DNA from: an uncultured Gammaproteobacteria bacterium
GTDB taxonomy: Bacteria; Patescibacteriota; Microgenomatia; Levybacterales; UBA12049
Direction of reading: 5' to 3'
Length of the DNA: 64,000 bases
NCBI GenBank assembly: GCA_964553245.1
Contig: CAZKJM010000001.1
Span: 81,806-145,805, forward strand
Below are positions 48,736 to 58,274 of this stretch, one piece after another. The position numbers and the translations under genes were made by a program. Within the stretch, counting starts at the first letter, position 1; each line of letters begins with the position of its first letter. Under the pieces are notes generated by a model, which saw only the letters and a program-made list of their open reading frames with translations, ran no database searches and was not told the DNA's origin.

Positions 48736-49950
48736 ATGACAAAAATTAAGAAACCGCTCAGAATTACCTACGGACTTTCCGTATATGACAACAAGGAAAT
48801 ATTAAGGGTAACTAATGTTTTAAAAGAACACCGCTCCAACATGGGAATAGAAACAAAGCAATTTGAAAAAAGTGTGGCAAAATATTTTGGTAAAAGATAC
48901 GGAATTATGGTTAATTCAGGATCATCCGCAAACCTCTTAGCGCTAGAGCTTTTAAACTTGCCTGAAGGATCCGAGGTAATTACTCCTTTATTAACTTTTT
49001 CAACAACAGTAGCTCCAATCATTCAAAAAAAACTTACTCCTGTTTTTATAGACGTTGAAGAAGGAAAATATATTATCGATGTTAACAAAATCGAAAAAGC
49101 AATTACAAAAAAAACAAAATTGTTAATGATTCCCAATCTTTTCGGAAATATTCCAAATTTAGAAAAATTGGAAAAAATAGCTAAGAAACATAATTTATAT
49201 TATATTGAAGATTCTTGCGATACCTTAGGTGCAAGATTTAACAAAAAACCCAGCGGAAGTTATTCCGATATTTCAACTACAAGTTTTTTTGGCTCGCATA
49301 TTATAACAGCCGGTGGAAATGGCGGAATGATAATGGTAAACAAAGAAGAATGGAGGGATAAATTAAAGGTTCTAAGAGGATGGGGAAGAAGTTCTTCTTT
49401 ATTTAGTGAATCAGAAGACATTAAAGAAAGATTTAAGAAGAAGATAGACGGGATACCATACGATGCAAAATTTATTTTTGAAGAGATTGGATACAATTTT
49501 TTACCAGTAGAAATGTGTTCTGCTTTTGGCAATGAGCAAATTAAAAAACTTCCAATATTCAGAAAAACAAGAGAAAAAAATTTTAAAGTATTAAGAAAAT
49601 TTTTCGAAAAATATGAAAAGTATTTTATACTTCCAATTCAGGAAAAAAATGTTCAAACCCAATGGCTTGCTTTCCCACTTACTATAAAAGGGAATGCGCC
49701 ATTTACAAGACTTGAAATAACAACATTTTTAGAAAAAAACAATGTGCAAACAAGACCTATTTTTACAGGAAACATTCTAAAACAACCAGGATTTAAAAAC
49801 ATTAACAGAAAAGTATTGGATAAAAAATATTCTGTTGTTGATGAAATTATGGAAAGAGGATTTGTTGTTGGTTGTCATCATGGACTAGAAAGTAGACATA
49901 TAAAAACATTAACCTCATTGTTTGAAACTTTTTTAAACAAATTCAACTAA
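48736..49950 (+). CDS. PLP/PMP-dependent NDP-4-keto-6-deoxyhexose 3-dehydratase (RfbH/DdhC/ColD-like, DegT family)
   Basis: MVNSGSSANLLA, IEDSCD, SFFGSH (His at the Schiff-base Lys position), RGWGR, GYN, TRPIFTGN; start moved to ATG 48736. Confidence 0.85.
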   Translation: MTKIKKPLRITYGLSVYDNKEILRVTNVLKEHRSNMGIETKQFEKSVAKYFGKRYGIMVNSGSSANLLALELLNLPEGSEVITPLLTFSTTVAPIIQKKLTPVFIDVEEGKYIIDVNKIEKAITKKTKLLMIPNLFGNIPNLEKLEKIAKKHNLYYIEDSCDTLGARFNKKPSGSYSDISTTSFFGSHIITAGGNGGMIMVNKEEWRDKLKVLRGWGRSSSLFSESEDIKERFKKKIDGIPYDAKFIFEEIGYNFLPVEMCSAFGNEQIKKLPIFRKTREKNFKVLRKFFEKYEKYFILPIQEKNVQTQWLAFPLTIKGNAPFTRLEITTFLEKNNVQTRPIFTGNILKQPGFKNINRKVLDKKYSVVDEIMERGFVVGCHHGLESRHIKTLTSLFETFLNKFN

Positions 49951-49957
49951 ACTTTAC

Positions 49958-51289
49958 CTATTGCTCATTATAATTTAAAATCGTCCAATTGGTTAAAAAC
50001 AAAATTAAAATAAGCATCGAAAAAGCAATTATATTAGATGTTTTTTTTGCTCTTGGAAAAAAAATAGGCAGCAAAGTTAGGCTCGTTGTAAAAATAAATA
50101 TCCTTAAGATTGAATATGAAAAACCAAACGATTGCGCAAATGATAATTGAAACATCGATAAACTAGTGACTATTAGATAAATAAAAGTTAATAAATAATC
50201 CTTTACAAAATAATCTTTTAAGAATAAAGCAATTGAAATAATTAAAAATGGATAAAATGGATATCTATACCAACCATGCCCAGGTTCATTTGGAATAGCA
50301 AAAACGAACATTAAAAAATATGCCAAGAACGGAAAAACTACAAAATAATTTTTTTTAAGATCTTTTGTAAATAAAATAAACATTGCTACCCACCCAAAAT
50401 ATATCCATCCGTCTATCAAAAATCTATCCACTAGATATGGAGATGTAAATAATGCAAACACACTATTAAAGGCCATGTCATATCTATTAAGTTGAAATTG
50501 CCAGAGGTTTATAAAAAGATCCCAATTATAATAAGCTCCATAAACTAAATATAATAACGAAATCGATATCACTATCATTAAAAATTTATATATATCTTTA
50601 TATTTCTTTAAAAAAAGAAGTATAAAAAAAGCAGCAAAGGAAGCAGCAACCCATGGAACTTTTGCCAAAATCAGTAATCCGCAAATTACCGCAGCGATGT
50701 TTCTAAAAATAGTTTTTTTAGTTTTTACAAATTTAGATATTAAAAATAACGACAAAAGAAAAAATGGAATAAAAAAATTTTCGTTTTGAACAATCCTTGA
50801 ACCAACCGCAATTGTTGGGACAATTGAATAAATAAAAGCTGAGAGTAATCCAATTTTGTATCCATAAATTTCCGAAGCAAAAAGATAGATTATAAATATC
50901 GAGAGAATACCTAAAATTAATGAAAGTCCCCTGACATGATTCACTGTCAAGTCGCTCATGTTATGTACTCCATTAAAAATTGCATATGATCCAGCAACTA
51001 ACCCAAACAATGGCGGGTGTTCAAGATATGGCGTTACTAACCTAAAGTGAACCTTGTTATAAAAAACATCCTTTGCATTTTTATATTGAGGATGAGGTGA
51101 CCATGATATTGGCGCTCCAGATTGAATAAGATTCATTCCCTGCCATGTCCATGCATATTCATCAAAAGTTGCACCGGTTCTCGGCCAAGTATATAGATCA
51201 TGACTTCTAAGTAGGTACCCAAGAACAATTACTAGGATTAGTAATAAATATTTAAACTTATATAAGTTTTTAACGTTTATAAAGTTCAT
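49958..51289 (-). CDS. GT-C (PMT_2/ArnT-like) membrane glycosyltransferase
   Basis: TFDE, EHPPLF, SRIVQNEN, LAK, GWYRYP. Confidence 0.82.
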   Translation of the reverse strand: MNFINVKNLYKFKYLLLILVIVLGYLLRSHDLYTWPRTGATFDEYAWTWQGMNLIQSGAPISWSPHPQYKNAKDVFYNKVHFRLVTPYLEHPPLFGLVAGSYAIFNGVHNMSDLTVNHVRGLSLILGILSIFIIYLFASEIYGYKIGLLSAFIYSIVPTIAVGSRIVQNENFFIPFFLLSLFLISKFVKTKKTIFRNIAAVICGLLILAKVPWVAASFAAFFILLFLKKYKDIYKFLMIVISISLLYLVYGAYYNWDLFINLWQFQLNRYDMAFNSVFALFTSPYLVDRFLIDGWIYFGWVAMFILFTKDLKKNYFVVFPFLAYFLMFVFAIPNEPGHGWYRYPFYPFLIISIALFLKDYFVKDYLLTFIYLIVTSLSMFQLSFAQSFGFSYSILRIFIFTTSLTLLPIFFPRAKKTSNIIAFSMLILILFLTNWTILNYNEQ

Positions 51290-52398
51290 AAAGTTTTAGT
51301 TTTGTAAATTCGCGAAAGCAAAGTAAAGCTTTGATTTGTAACGTTTTCCCATTTTAAACTTTTTGACCAACTCAAAGATTCTTTTTGAAAATTTAGGTAT
51401 CTCGTTTTACTCTTTAAAAGCTTTATGGCTTCATTTGCCATTTCTCTTGGTGTATTATTTTTTAATACAATTCCTGTTTTTCCATTAATAACAGAATCCC
51501 TAAGTCCACTTACATCATAAACAATAGAAGGAGTAGATTGACTAGCAGCTTCAATCACTACCAATCCCCATCCTTCTTTAACCGATGCGTGTAGCAATAA
51601 ATGTGACTTTCTCATAAGCTCTAATTTTTTTTCTTCGGAAACTTGTCCCCAAAATTTAACTTTTGCAGGGATAGAATATCTATTCATCGTTATCTTTAAG
51701 TATTTAATATAATTTTTATCGCCATCGCCAACTATCCAAAGCTGAGCGTTTTTTACTTCTTTTATAATATAAAAAAAGGCTTTTATAACTTCTTCTATGC
51801 CTTTCATTTTTACAACTCTTGAAACAAATATGAATGTTGGCACTTTCTCTTTTGTCGACAAATTCTCTAATGTCTTATTTCTAACAGGACACGGAATTGC
51901 TGTGCATTTTTTTTCTTTTATTCCATGCTTTACTAACTCGTCTATTGTGGATTCTGCGTCTGTCCAAAAAAAATCATTTTTATATATTTTAAAGTATAAA
52001 CGTTCTAATAATTTTCCGAGCAAGTTAATTGGAAATGAATACATTGAATCCCAAATTTTACCAGCTATTTCATGAATAAACGCAACCCTTGGCTTTTTTG
52101 AATAAAGTGGAGTAAAAAAAGGCAACCCATGAATTTCGTCAATAATAAAATCAATTTTTTTTCTATTTAACAAATAAAAAAAAGGGGCTATTAAATAAAC
52201 AGAAAATGAATTACCTTTTCTTATAAATTTAATTCCATCAACGATTTCTGTTTTTTTAGATCCTTTAAATCTGGAACAAAACCATATGATATTATTCCCT
52301 TTTTTTATCCAAGATTTGGCATGCTCATTAGTAACGTATTCCGCCCCACCGCTTTTGGGATTTTTTGGATCTCTCCAATTTAAAATCAAAATATTCAT
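51286..52398 (-). CDS. GT4 glycosyltransferase
   Basis: NWRDPKNPKSGGAE, SRVVKMKG, KEGWGLVVIEA. Confidence 0.92.
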   Translation of the reverse strand: MNILILNWRDPKNPKSGGAEYVTNEHAKSWIKKGNNIIWFCSRFKGSKKTEIVDGIKFIRKGNSFSVYLIAPFFYLLNRKKIDFIIDEIHGLPFFTPLYSKKPRVAFIHEIAGKIWDSMYSFPINLLGKLLERLYFKIYKNDFFWTDAESTIDELVKHGIKEKKCTAIPCPVRNKTLENLSTKEKVPTFIFVSRVVKMKGIEEVIKAFFYIIKEVKNAQLWIVGDGDKNYIKYLKITMNRYSIPAKVKFWGQVSEEKKLELMRKSHLLLHASVKEGWGLVVIEAASQSTPSIVYDVSGLRDSVINGKTGIVLKNNTPREMANEAIKLLKSKTRYLNFQKESLSWSKSLKWENVTNQSFTLLSRIYKTKTL

Positions 52399-53135
52399 TT
52401 CTTGTCGTAATAATGTAAAAATCGTAATCTATAAAAAACAGCAGCCGTATCCCAAAGCATCCAAAAAATTATTCTCCAAAAGTTTGAAGATGTAATACTA
52501 CTTGCTTTATTAAAATTAAGCTTTACTGGTGCTTCGTATATTTTTTTATATCCAAGTTTATTTGCAACAGTTAAGACTTCTATATCAAACGCAAAACGCT
52601 TAATAATGATTTTTGAAAAGATTTCCTTTGCTGCCTTTTTTTTAAATATTTTTAAACCTACTTGTGTATCCCTAACTTTAAACCCGAATAAGATATGAGT
52701 AAGTGTTCTGTACCCCCATGAGAGAACCTTTCTCCAAAAAGGATAATTAACCTTTGATTCAGGATGAAGCTTACTTCCAATAACGATATCTGCCTTGTTC
52801 CATTCCATAATATCAAGCATTATAGAAATCTCCGTCGGGTCTAAATCCATTCCTGCATCTATAAATCCTACAATTTCTTTACTTGCTTTTTTAATTCCAT
52901 ATTTAATCGCAAAACCTTTTCCCATGTTTTTTTGGTATCCTAGTACTTTTAAATTATCCAATTTTACCGTTCTTGCCTTTTCATAAGTATTGTCATTAAA
53001 TCCATCAACAACAAGAATAATTTCATAATTTGGGGTTAATTTTAATAATGCGCTATTTAATATTTTTATTTGTTTTACGATTGTTTTTTCTTCTTTATAG
53101 GCAGGAACTATTAAGGAGATTGATTTTTGAATCAT
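52395..53135 (-). CDS. DPM1-like GT2 (polyprenyl-phosphate sugar synthase)
   Basis: VPAYKEE, VVDG, GKGFA, FIDAG, DTQVGLK, FAFDIE. Confidence 0.88.
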   Translation of the reverse strand: MIQKSISLIVPAYKEEKTIVKQIKILNSALLKLTPNYEIILVVDGFNDNTYEKARTVKLDNLKVLGYQKNMGKGFAIKYGIKKASKEIVGFIDAGMDLDPTEISIMLDIMEWNKADIVIGSKLHPESKVNYPFWRKVLSWGYRTLTHILFGFKVRDTQVGLKIFKKKAAKEIFSKIIIKRFAFDIEVLTVANKLGYKKIYEAPVKLNFNKASSITSSNFWRIIFWMLWDTAAVFYRLRFLHYYDKK

Positions 53136-53689
53136 AACTCATTTTTTAATGATAGGGCTTTTCTAACTAAATCCCATGAAAATGGAGTACCATCTTCTAT
53201 TCTTACATCAGCTTTTTCAAACGGCATTCTTCCTTCTTCCTCCGGGTTATATAAAGCTGTTGGAAAATTAATTAAAATAGCAGGCTCTTTTGAACTTACA
53301 AAAAATGCATGAAAAGTATTTTTGGGAATTAATAATAAATATGGATCCTCTAATGCATTAACTCTAAATAGATTAATGACATCTTTTGTTTCTGAATTTT
53401 CTCTTTTATCTGCTATTGCAATAATTACCTCACCTTGAATTACTCCCATTCTATCCTCTTGAACTGTTGGGTGAAAATGCCACACATCCTCATCTCTTGC
53501 AAGTCCTGGAGGAGTAATCGAATAATACTGCATTGAAAATTCCCTACCGGAACCATAAATATCTTCCCAATTAGTTTTTAATGTCTCAACTAACACGCCA
53601 GATTCATCTTTATTAACCTTAAGTGGATGCATTACCACGTCTTTTATTATTTTAAAATCATTTTTGTTTTTTAAATTAATAAATTCCAT
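53132..53689 (-). CDS. RmlC-like NDP-4-keto-sugar epimerase (cupin)
   Basis: D.SG.LVE, WHFH, AIADKRENS, LLIP....HAF; extended -10 (TGATATTAT) 7 nt upstream. Confidence 0.8.
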   Translation of the reverse strand: MEFINLKNKNDFKIIKDVVMHPLKVNKDESGVLVETLKTNWEDIYGSGREFSMQYYSITPPGLARDEDVWHFHPTVQEDRMGVIQGEVIIAIADKRENSETKDVINLFRVNALEDPYLLLIPKNTFHAFFVSSKEPAILINFPTALYNPEEEGRMPFEKADVRIEDGTPFSWDLVRKALSLKNEL

Positions 53690-53725
53690 AATTAAGATAA
53701 TATCAAATTTGAATGATTATTGCTA

Positions 53726-55045
53726 TTAAATAGTTTGATTACTAGAAACGGAAAGTGATTTTTTAATAGCACTAATATCAAAATAGTTTTTTGCAAAATA
53801 AATTAATAAATATAATAAAAGCAGAGAAGAACTCATTAAAGATACGCCAATTACTTGAAAAAAACTATTATGAAATAAACAAATTCCTAATACTTGAATT
53901 AATGTCGTAATAAAAACCGGAATAAAAACCATCGTTTTACCAACAGATAAAAAGAAATTTACAAACACATTCAGGATACTAAAAACTGTTACAAATACAG
54001 CAAATATTCCTATATACGGAGCTATAGCAATATAGCTCTTTCCAAGTATAAGATTTACACTAAATTCTGAAAATATAAAATAGAATGATGTAATCGCAAC
54101 AGATGGTAATACTACTAAAAAAATTGCAAGGTAAAATAAATTCGTAATGCTTTGCCCCTTTGAGTTTCTTTTTACGATCAACGGAAACATTACATTGGGA
54201 ATCATTCCCGTAAAATAATAAATTATTCTTCCAATTAAAGATAATCCTCCATAATAACCTGCTTCTACGGGCTTAAAAAAGTGCTTTACCAAGATTACAT
54301 CCATAGATATTAAAGAGGTTAATGATAAAACAGAAATACAAGCTGGTAAGGCATAAATTATTATCTCTTTTAATTTTAGGTCTATCTTTTTGCTTCCATT
54401 TTTTCGAAAGGCAATTTTTTTAACAGGAATAAATCCCATTATAAACGACGTAACTAAAGCAAGTACAACAGCTATTAATGCTCCAAAGATTCTGTAGCCT
54501 ATTAAGACTAATATAATTCCTGAAATAAGTCTTACGAAAGCACTTATTGTAAGAACTAAGGAAGAAAAAGAAAATTTTAGCAAACTCTGAATATATGCTC
54601 CATTTACTATGGAAAGATAATTTATACAAATTGCAACTCCTATAATCGCTGTATATAATGGGTTTTCTATCCTTAAAAAACTGCTAATCGATAATGACAA
54701 TGTAAGAAATGTTACAAATATTAAAATTGATACGATAAAAAAAACTTTAAATGTTTTCTTATAGAACTCGGATGCAAAATCAAATTTTTCCCTAGAAAGG
54801 TAATCCGTTGCAAATTTAACTATTACCGTTGATATTGATTGCGCAGGAATAATGGTTAAAGTAAATAGAGATATCAAGCTTGCATATATTCCGTAATCAG
54901 ACGCTGTAAGATTTCTTGCAAAAAATAAGTTTAAGATAAAAGCAATAAATGACGAAAGTAATGACCCAATAAAAATGAATAGGCTTCCTGTAATTAATTC
55001 ATGTCTTAATATTTTTTTACCTAAATGTAATGCTTTATCTTTCAT
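53726..55045 (-). CDS. wzx: Wzx-type oligosaccharide flippase (MOP family)
   Basis: About 12 TMs; ARNL...DYG.Y, DVILVKHFF....AGYY, MFP. Confidence 0.85.
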   Translation of the reverse strand: MKDKALHLGKKILRHELITGSLFIFIGSLLSSFIAFILNLFFARNLTASDYGIYASLISLFTLTIIPAQSISTVIVKFATDYLSREKFDFASEFYKKTFKVFFIVSILIFVTFLTLSLSISSFLRIENPLYTAIIGVAICINYLSIVNGAYIQSLLKFSFSSLVLTISAFVRLISGIILVLIGYRIFGALIAVVLALVTSFIMGFIPVKKIAFRKNGSKKIDLKLKEIIIYALPACISVLSLTSLISMDVILVKHFFKPVEAGYYGGLSLIGRIIYYFTGMIPNVMFPLIVKRNSKGQSITNLFYLAIFLVVLPSVAITSFYFIFSEFSVNLILGKSYIAIAPYIGIFAVFVTVFSILNVFVNFFLSVGKTMVFIPVFITTLIQVLGICLFHNSFFQVIGVSLMSSSLLLLYLLIYFAKNYFDISAIKKSLSVSSNQTI

Positions 55046-56090
55046 AAACTACTTTTTTGTAAACATCTATTGTCTTGTCTGCTGTGTCTTTCCAGGAAAA
55101 ATTTTTAGAATTCTCTTTTCCTTTTCTGGAAAGCTCTTCTTGAATTTTTATATCATTAAATACTTTAATAATACCTTCTGCAATTTCGTCTTCGTCATAT
55201 GCATTTACATAATACGCAGCATTATTTGAGACTTCATCTAAAGATCCCTCTTTAGAACAAATTACAGGAAGACCAGATGCCATTGCCTCCAAGACCGGTA
55301 GACCAAAGCCTTCATAAAGAGATGGCATTGTAAAAACAGTTGCAATCTTATAAAGCTGAGTCAATTCCTCAGATGAAACAAATCCAAGACTTATTATATT
55401 TTTGTTTTCGCTTGCTAATTTCTGAACCGCAACTAAATCCTTATTCCAAGGATTTTTTTTATCATAATTTTTTGATGTTAAAGCTTGTCCAATCATAACC
55501 AATGGAACATTTGCTTTCTTAACTGCACTTAGAAGCCTAGGTAAATTTTTATTCCATGTAACATCTCCAACATATAAAACAAATTTTTCTGGTAATTTGT
55601 GTTTCTCTCTGATTTTTGTAATTAATTTTTCATTCCTTTTAGAATTAACAAACTCTTCTGCTGCTGCTAGATAGACCGTATTAACTTTTTTCTGATCAAT
55701 ATTTACATATTTTAGAATATCTTTTTTGGAAGAATTAGAATCGGTAATAATTGCATCTGTTTTTGCAAGAGATTGCTTTTGCATCTGCCACCTAAACCAT
55801 CCCTTAATTCCCTTAGGAAATTCCTTCGGAAAAACAATTGGAGTTAAATCATGAACTGTAACAATTGATTTAAATTTACTATATATGGGTTTTGCTAAAA
55901 AAAATGGCTCAAAATAAGGAAAATGTATCAAATCCACATCGTTGGGTATTTTTTCTCCTCGAGTAAAAAATGTATATGAAAATTCTGGATGATAATTTAA
56001 CAAAGACTTTTTTAAATTCTCTAAATAAAAACCTACTCCCCTTACCCTGTGTCCTGTATGAAGTGGGGATATATCTATTGCTATCTTCAT
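55035..56090 (-). CDS. GT4 glycosyltransferase (MtfB-like)
   Basis: IAIDISP, RGVGFY, VTVHDL, PSLYEGFGLPVLEAMASG. Confidence 0.93.
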   Translation of the reverse strand: MKIAIDISPLHTGHRVRGVGFYLENLKKSLLNYHPEFSYTFFTRGEKIPNDVDLIHFPYFEPFFLAKPIYSKFKSIVTVHDLTPIVFPKEFPKGIKGWFRWQMQKQSLAKTDAIITDSNSSKKDILKYVNIDQKKVNTVYLAAAEEFVNSKRNEKLITKIREKHKLPEKFVLYVGDVTWNKNLPRLLSAVKKANVPLVMIGQALTSKNYDKKNPWNKDLVAVQKLASENKNIISLGFVSSEELTQLYKIATVFTMPSLYEGFGLPVLEAMASGLPVICSKEGSLDEVSNNAAYYVNAYDEDEIAEGIIKVFNDIKIQEELSRKGKENSKNFSWKDTADKTIDVYKKVVYER

Positions 56091-57277
56091 CTACTTTTTC
56101 CTTTATTCTTAAAATAAAAAATGTATGCTTTTTGAAAAAAGGATATTGCTAGTATATAAAAGAAAGGAATGATTGTTAAGAAATAATTAGTTGAAGAATA
56201 ACCAGTTGATAAAGTCAAAGTATAAACAATAAGCCAAATAAACAAAAACTTTTCTGGATTATTAAGCTTTAATTTTTTCATTAAAAAGTAGACGCCATAA
56301 ATAATGGTAAAAATAACTGAAACTGGCCAAGTAATCATCCATTGAGGATCCTTAATTATTGCATTATTTCCCCACCAAGTGTGCCATCTATTAAAAAGCA
56401 ATAAATCCCAAAAAGAAAACGGAAGAATGAATTTAGACTTGTGATAAGCGAGAATATATTTTTGTATTCCAAAGATTTGAATAATTGAATACCCATCCAT
56501 AATTGTTCTTGTATATGATGCAATTAAGACAAATAATGACAAAGGTAAAGTTATCATAAAAATTCCAAGCTTTTTGCTTAATCCTCTTTTTTCAATAAGT
56601 AAGTATAAAACCATGCAAAAAGTAATTACCGTTCCAGTAACAAAAAATCTTATACTAATAACGCAGCCTAAGAAAAATGAAGTTAGGATAAACCACTTTA
56701 AATATTTTTTATCATCTGCTGCTTTTATAAAAAAATAGAAGGAAAAAAGAATAAACGGGAACTGGATCGGCTCGACCAATGGGATATATTTTAATTTATT
56801 CAAAAATATTGGCTCATTAATAAATATTCCAACTGGTATTAATGAAATTAAAGAATTATTTGTTGCTTGTTTTGTTATAAGAAATATTCCAAGTGTTGAA
56901 AATGCTAAAAGTAAAACTACTATTGTACGTGGATTATCAAATAGAAAAATTGAAAGAGAAATTATGTAATTTCCAAGCGGTGGATGGTCATGAGTTATCA
57001 TTATTGGATTAAGTCCTTTTAAAAAAGCCCCACCTGCAAACGATCTAAATGTCTCATCAGTAATTATTACTGGATTTTTCTTTTGAACAAACTGTGAAGT
57101 GTAATACAGCTTTTTATAATTCTCGTATTGACTATCAAACCCTGGAGAAAAAAGATAATCAGAACTATTTGCTATAATCTCAATTGGTTTTACTAAAATT
57201 ATTAAAAGTAAAAATATAAAAATTAATTTATATCTTTTTTTTATAAATGATTCAAATACAGAAAATGCCTTTTTCAT
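56087..57277 (-). CDS. GT-C (PMT-like) membrane glycosyltransferase
   Basis: TDE acidic motif, HPPLGNYII, polytopic. Confidence 0.7.
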   Translation of the reverse strand: MKKAFSVFESFIKKRYKLIFIFLLLIILVKPIEIIANSSDYLFSPGFDSQYENYKKLYYTSQFVQKKNPVIITDETFRSFAGGAFLKGLNPIMITHDHPPLGNYIISLSIFLFDNPRTIVVLLLAFSTLGIFLITKQATNNSLISLIPVGIFINEPIFLNKLKYIPLVEPIQFPFILFSFYFFIKAADDKKYLKWFILTSFFLGCVISIRFFVTGTVITFCMVLYLLIEKRGLSKKLGIFMITLPLSLFVLIASYTRTIMDGYSIIQIFGIQKYILAYHKSKFILPFSFWDLLLFNRWHTWWGNNAIIKDPQWMITWPVSVIFTIIYGVYFLMKKLKLNNPEKFLFIWLIVYTLTLSTGYSSTNYFLTIIPFFYILAISFFQKAYIFYFKNKGKSR

Positions 57278-57292
57278 TATTTAAGGACAGGA

Positions 57293-58270
57293 TTATAAAT
57301 CCTGTTGTTTTTTGTGCCATTGCCATGCGGTTTTAATAATTGTTTCAAGATCTGAATATTTCGGTAAAAAACCAAGTTCTTTATTAATTCTTGACGGATC
57401 AGCAACTAAAATATCTGCATCTCCTGGTCTCCTTGCTGTAATTTCAACTTTAAAATCTGTCCCTGTTACCTTTTTAACCATCTCCACAATTTCCTTGTTT
57501 GAGTATCCTTTTCCCGTTCCAACATTATAAAAATATGAACCAGGGTTTTTTATTAGTTTCTCTATTGCTAAAACATGCGCCTCTACTAGATCTAATACAT
57601 GAATGTAGTCCCTGACACATGTTCCATCCTCGGTTTTATAATCATCACCAAATAACTTAAACGGTTTGTTCTCTAAAACTGCTCTTATTATGTTTGGAAT
57701 AATATGCGTCTCTGGTTCATGCTGCTCTCCCATGGAACCGTCAATCGCTGCTCCGGCAGCATTAAAGTACCTTAAGGCAGCAAAGCTTAATCCTTTTGTT
57801 TTTGCATACCAAGAAAGTATTTTTTCAACCATTAATTTACTTTCTCCATACGGATTTTCAGGAATTTTTTGATGATCTTCTGGAATTGGGGTTTTTACTG
57901 GGTTCCCATAAACCCCAGCTGTGGATGAAAACACAATATTTTTAACCCCATGAATAACTGCTTCATCTATTAAATTTAAAGAACCAAAGGTGTTATTTTG
58001 AAAATACATGTTGGGATTTTCCATTGACTCTCCCATGGAAATGTACCCTGCAAAGTGAATAATTGCATCATACTTCTTGCTAGAAAAAACTTCTTCTAAA
58101 AACTTTTTGTCCAAGACATTGCCTCGTATAAATTCTGCTTTACTGTCTATTACCTCCTTATGTCCTCTTTCAAGACTATCTAGGACGCTAACGCTATCGC
58201 CTTTTTCGACAAGACGTTTAACCATGAAGCTTCCTATGTATCCTGCTCCCCCAGTTACTAAAATATTCAT
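57293..58270 (-). CDS. galE: UDP-glucose 4-epimerase
   Basis: TGGAGYIGS, FSSTA, PYGESK, LRYFNAAGA, DGTCVRDYIHV. Confidence 0.95.
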   Translation of the reverse strand: MNILVTGGAGYIGSFMVKRLVEKGDSVSVLDSLERGHKEVIDSKAEFIRGNVLDKKFLEEVFSSKKYDAIIHFAGYISMGESMENPNMYFQNNTFGSLNLIDEAVIHGVKNIVFSSTAGVYGNPVKTPIPEDHQKIPENPYGESKLMVEKILSWYAKTKGLSFAALRYFNAAGAAIDGSMGEQHEPETHIIPNIIRAVLENKPFKLFGDDYKTEDGTCVRDYIHVLDLVEAHVLAIEKLIKNPGSYFYNVGTGKGYSNKEIVEMVKKVTGTDFKVEITARRPGDADILVADPSRINKELGFLPKYSDLETIIKTAWQWHKKQQDL

Positions 58271-58274
58271 AAAA

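Noticed and set aside
48736-49950. Ordinary DegT sugar aminotransferase
   Set aside because: The Schiff-base Lys is replaced by His (SFFGSH).
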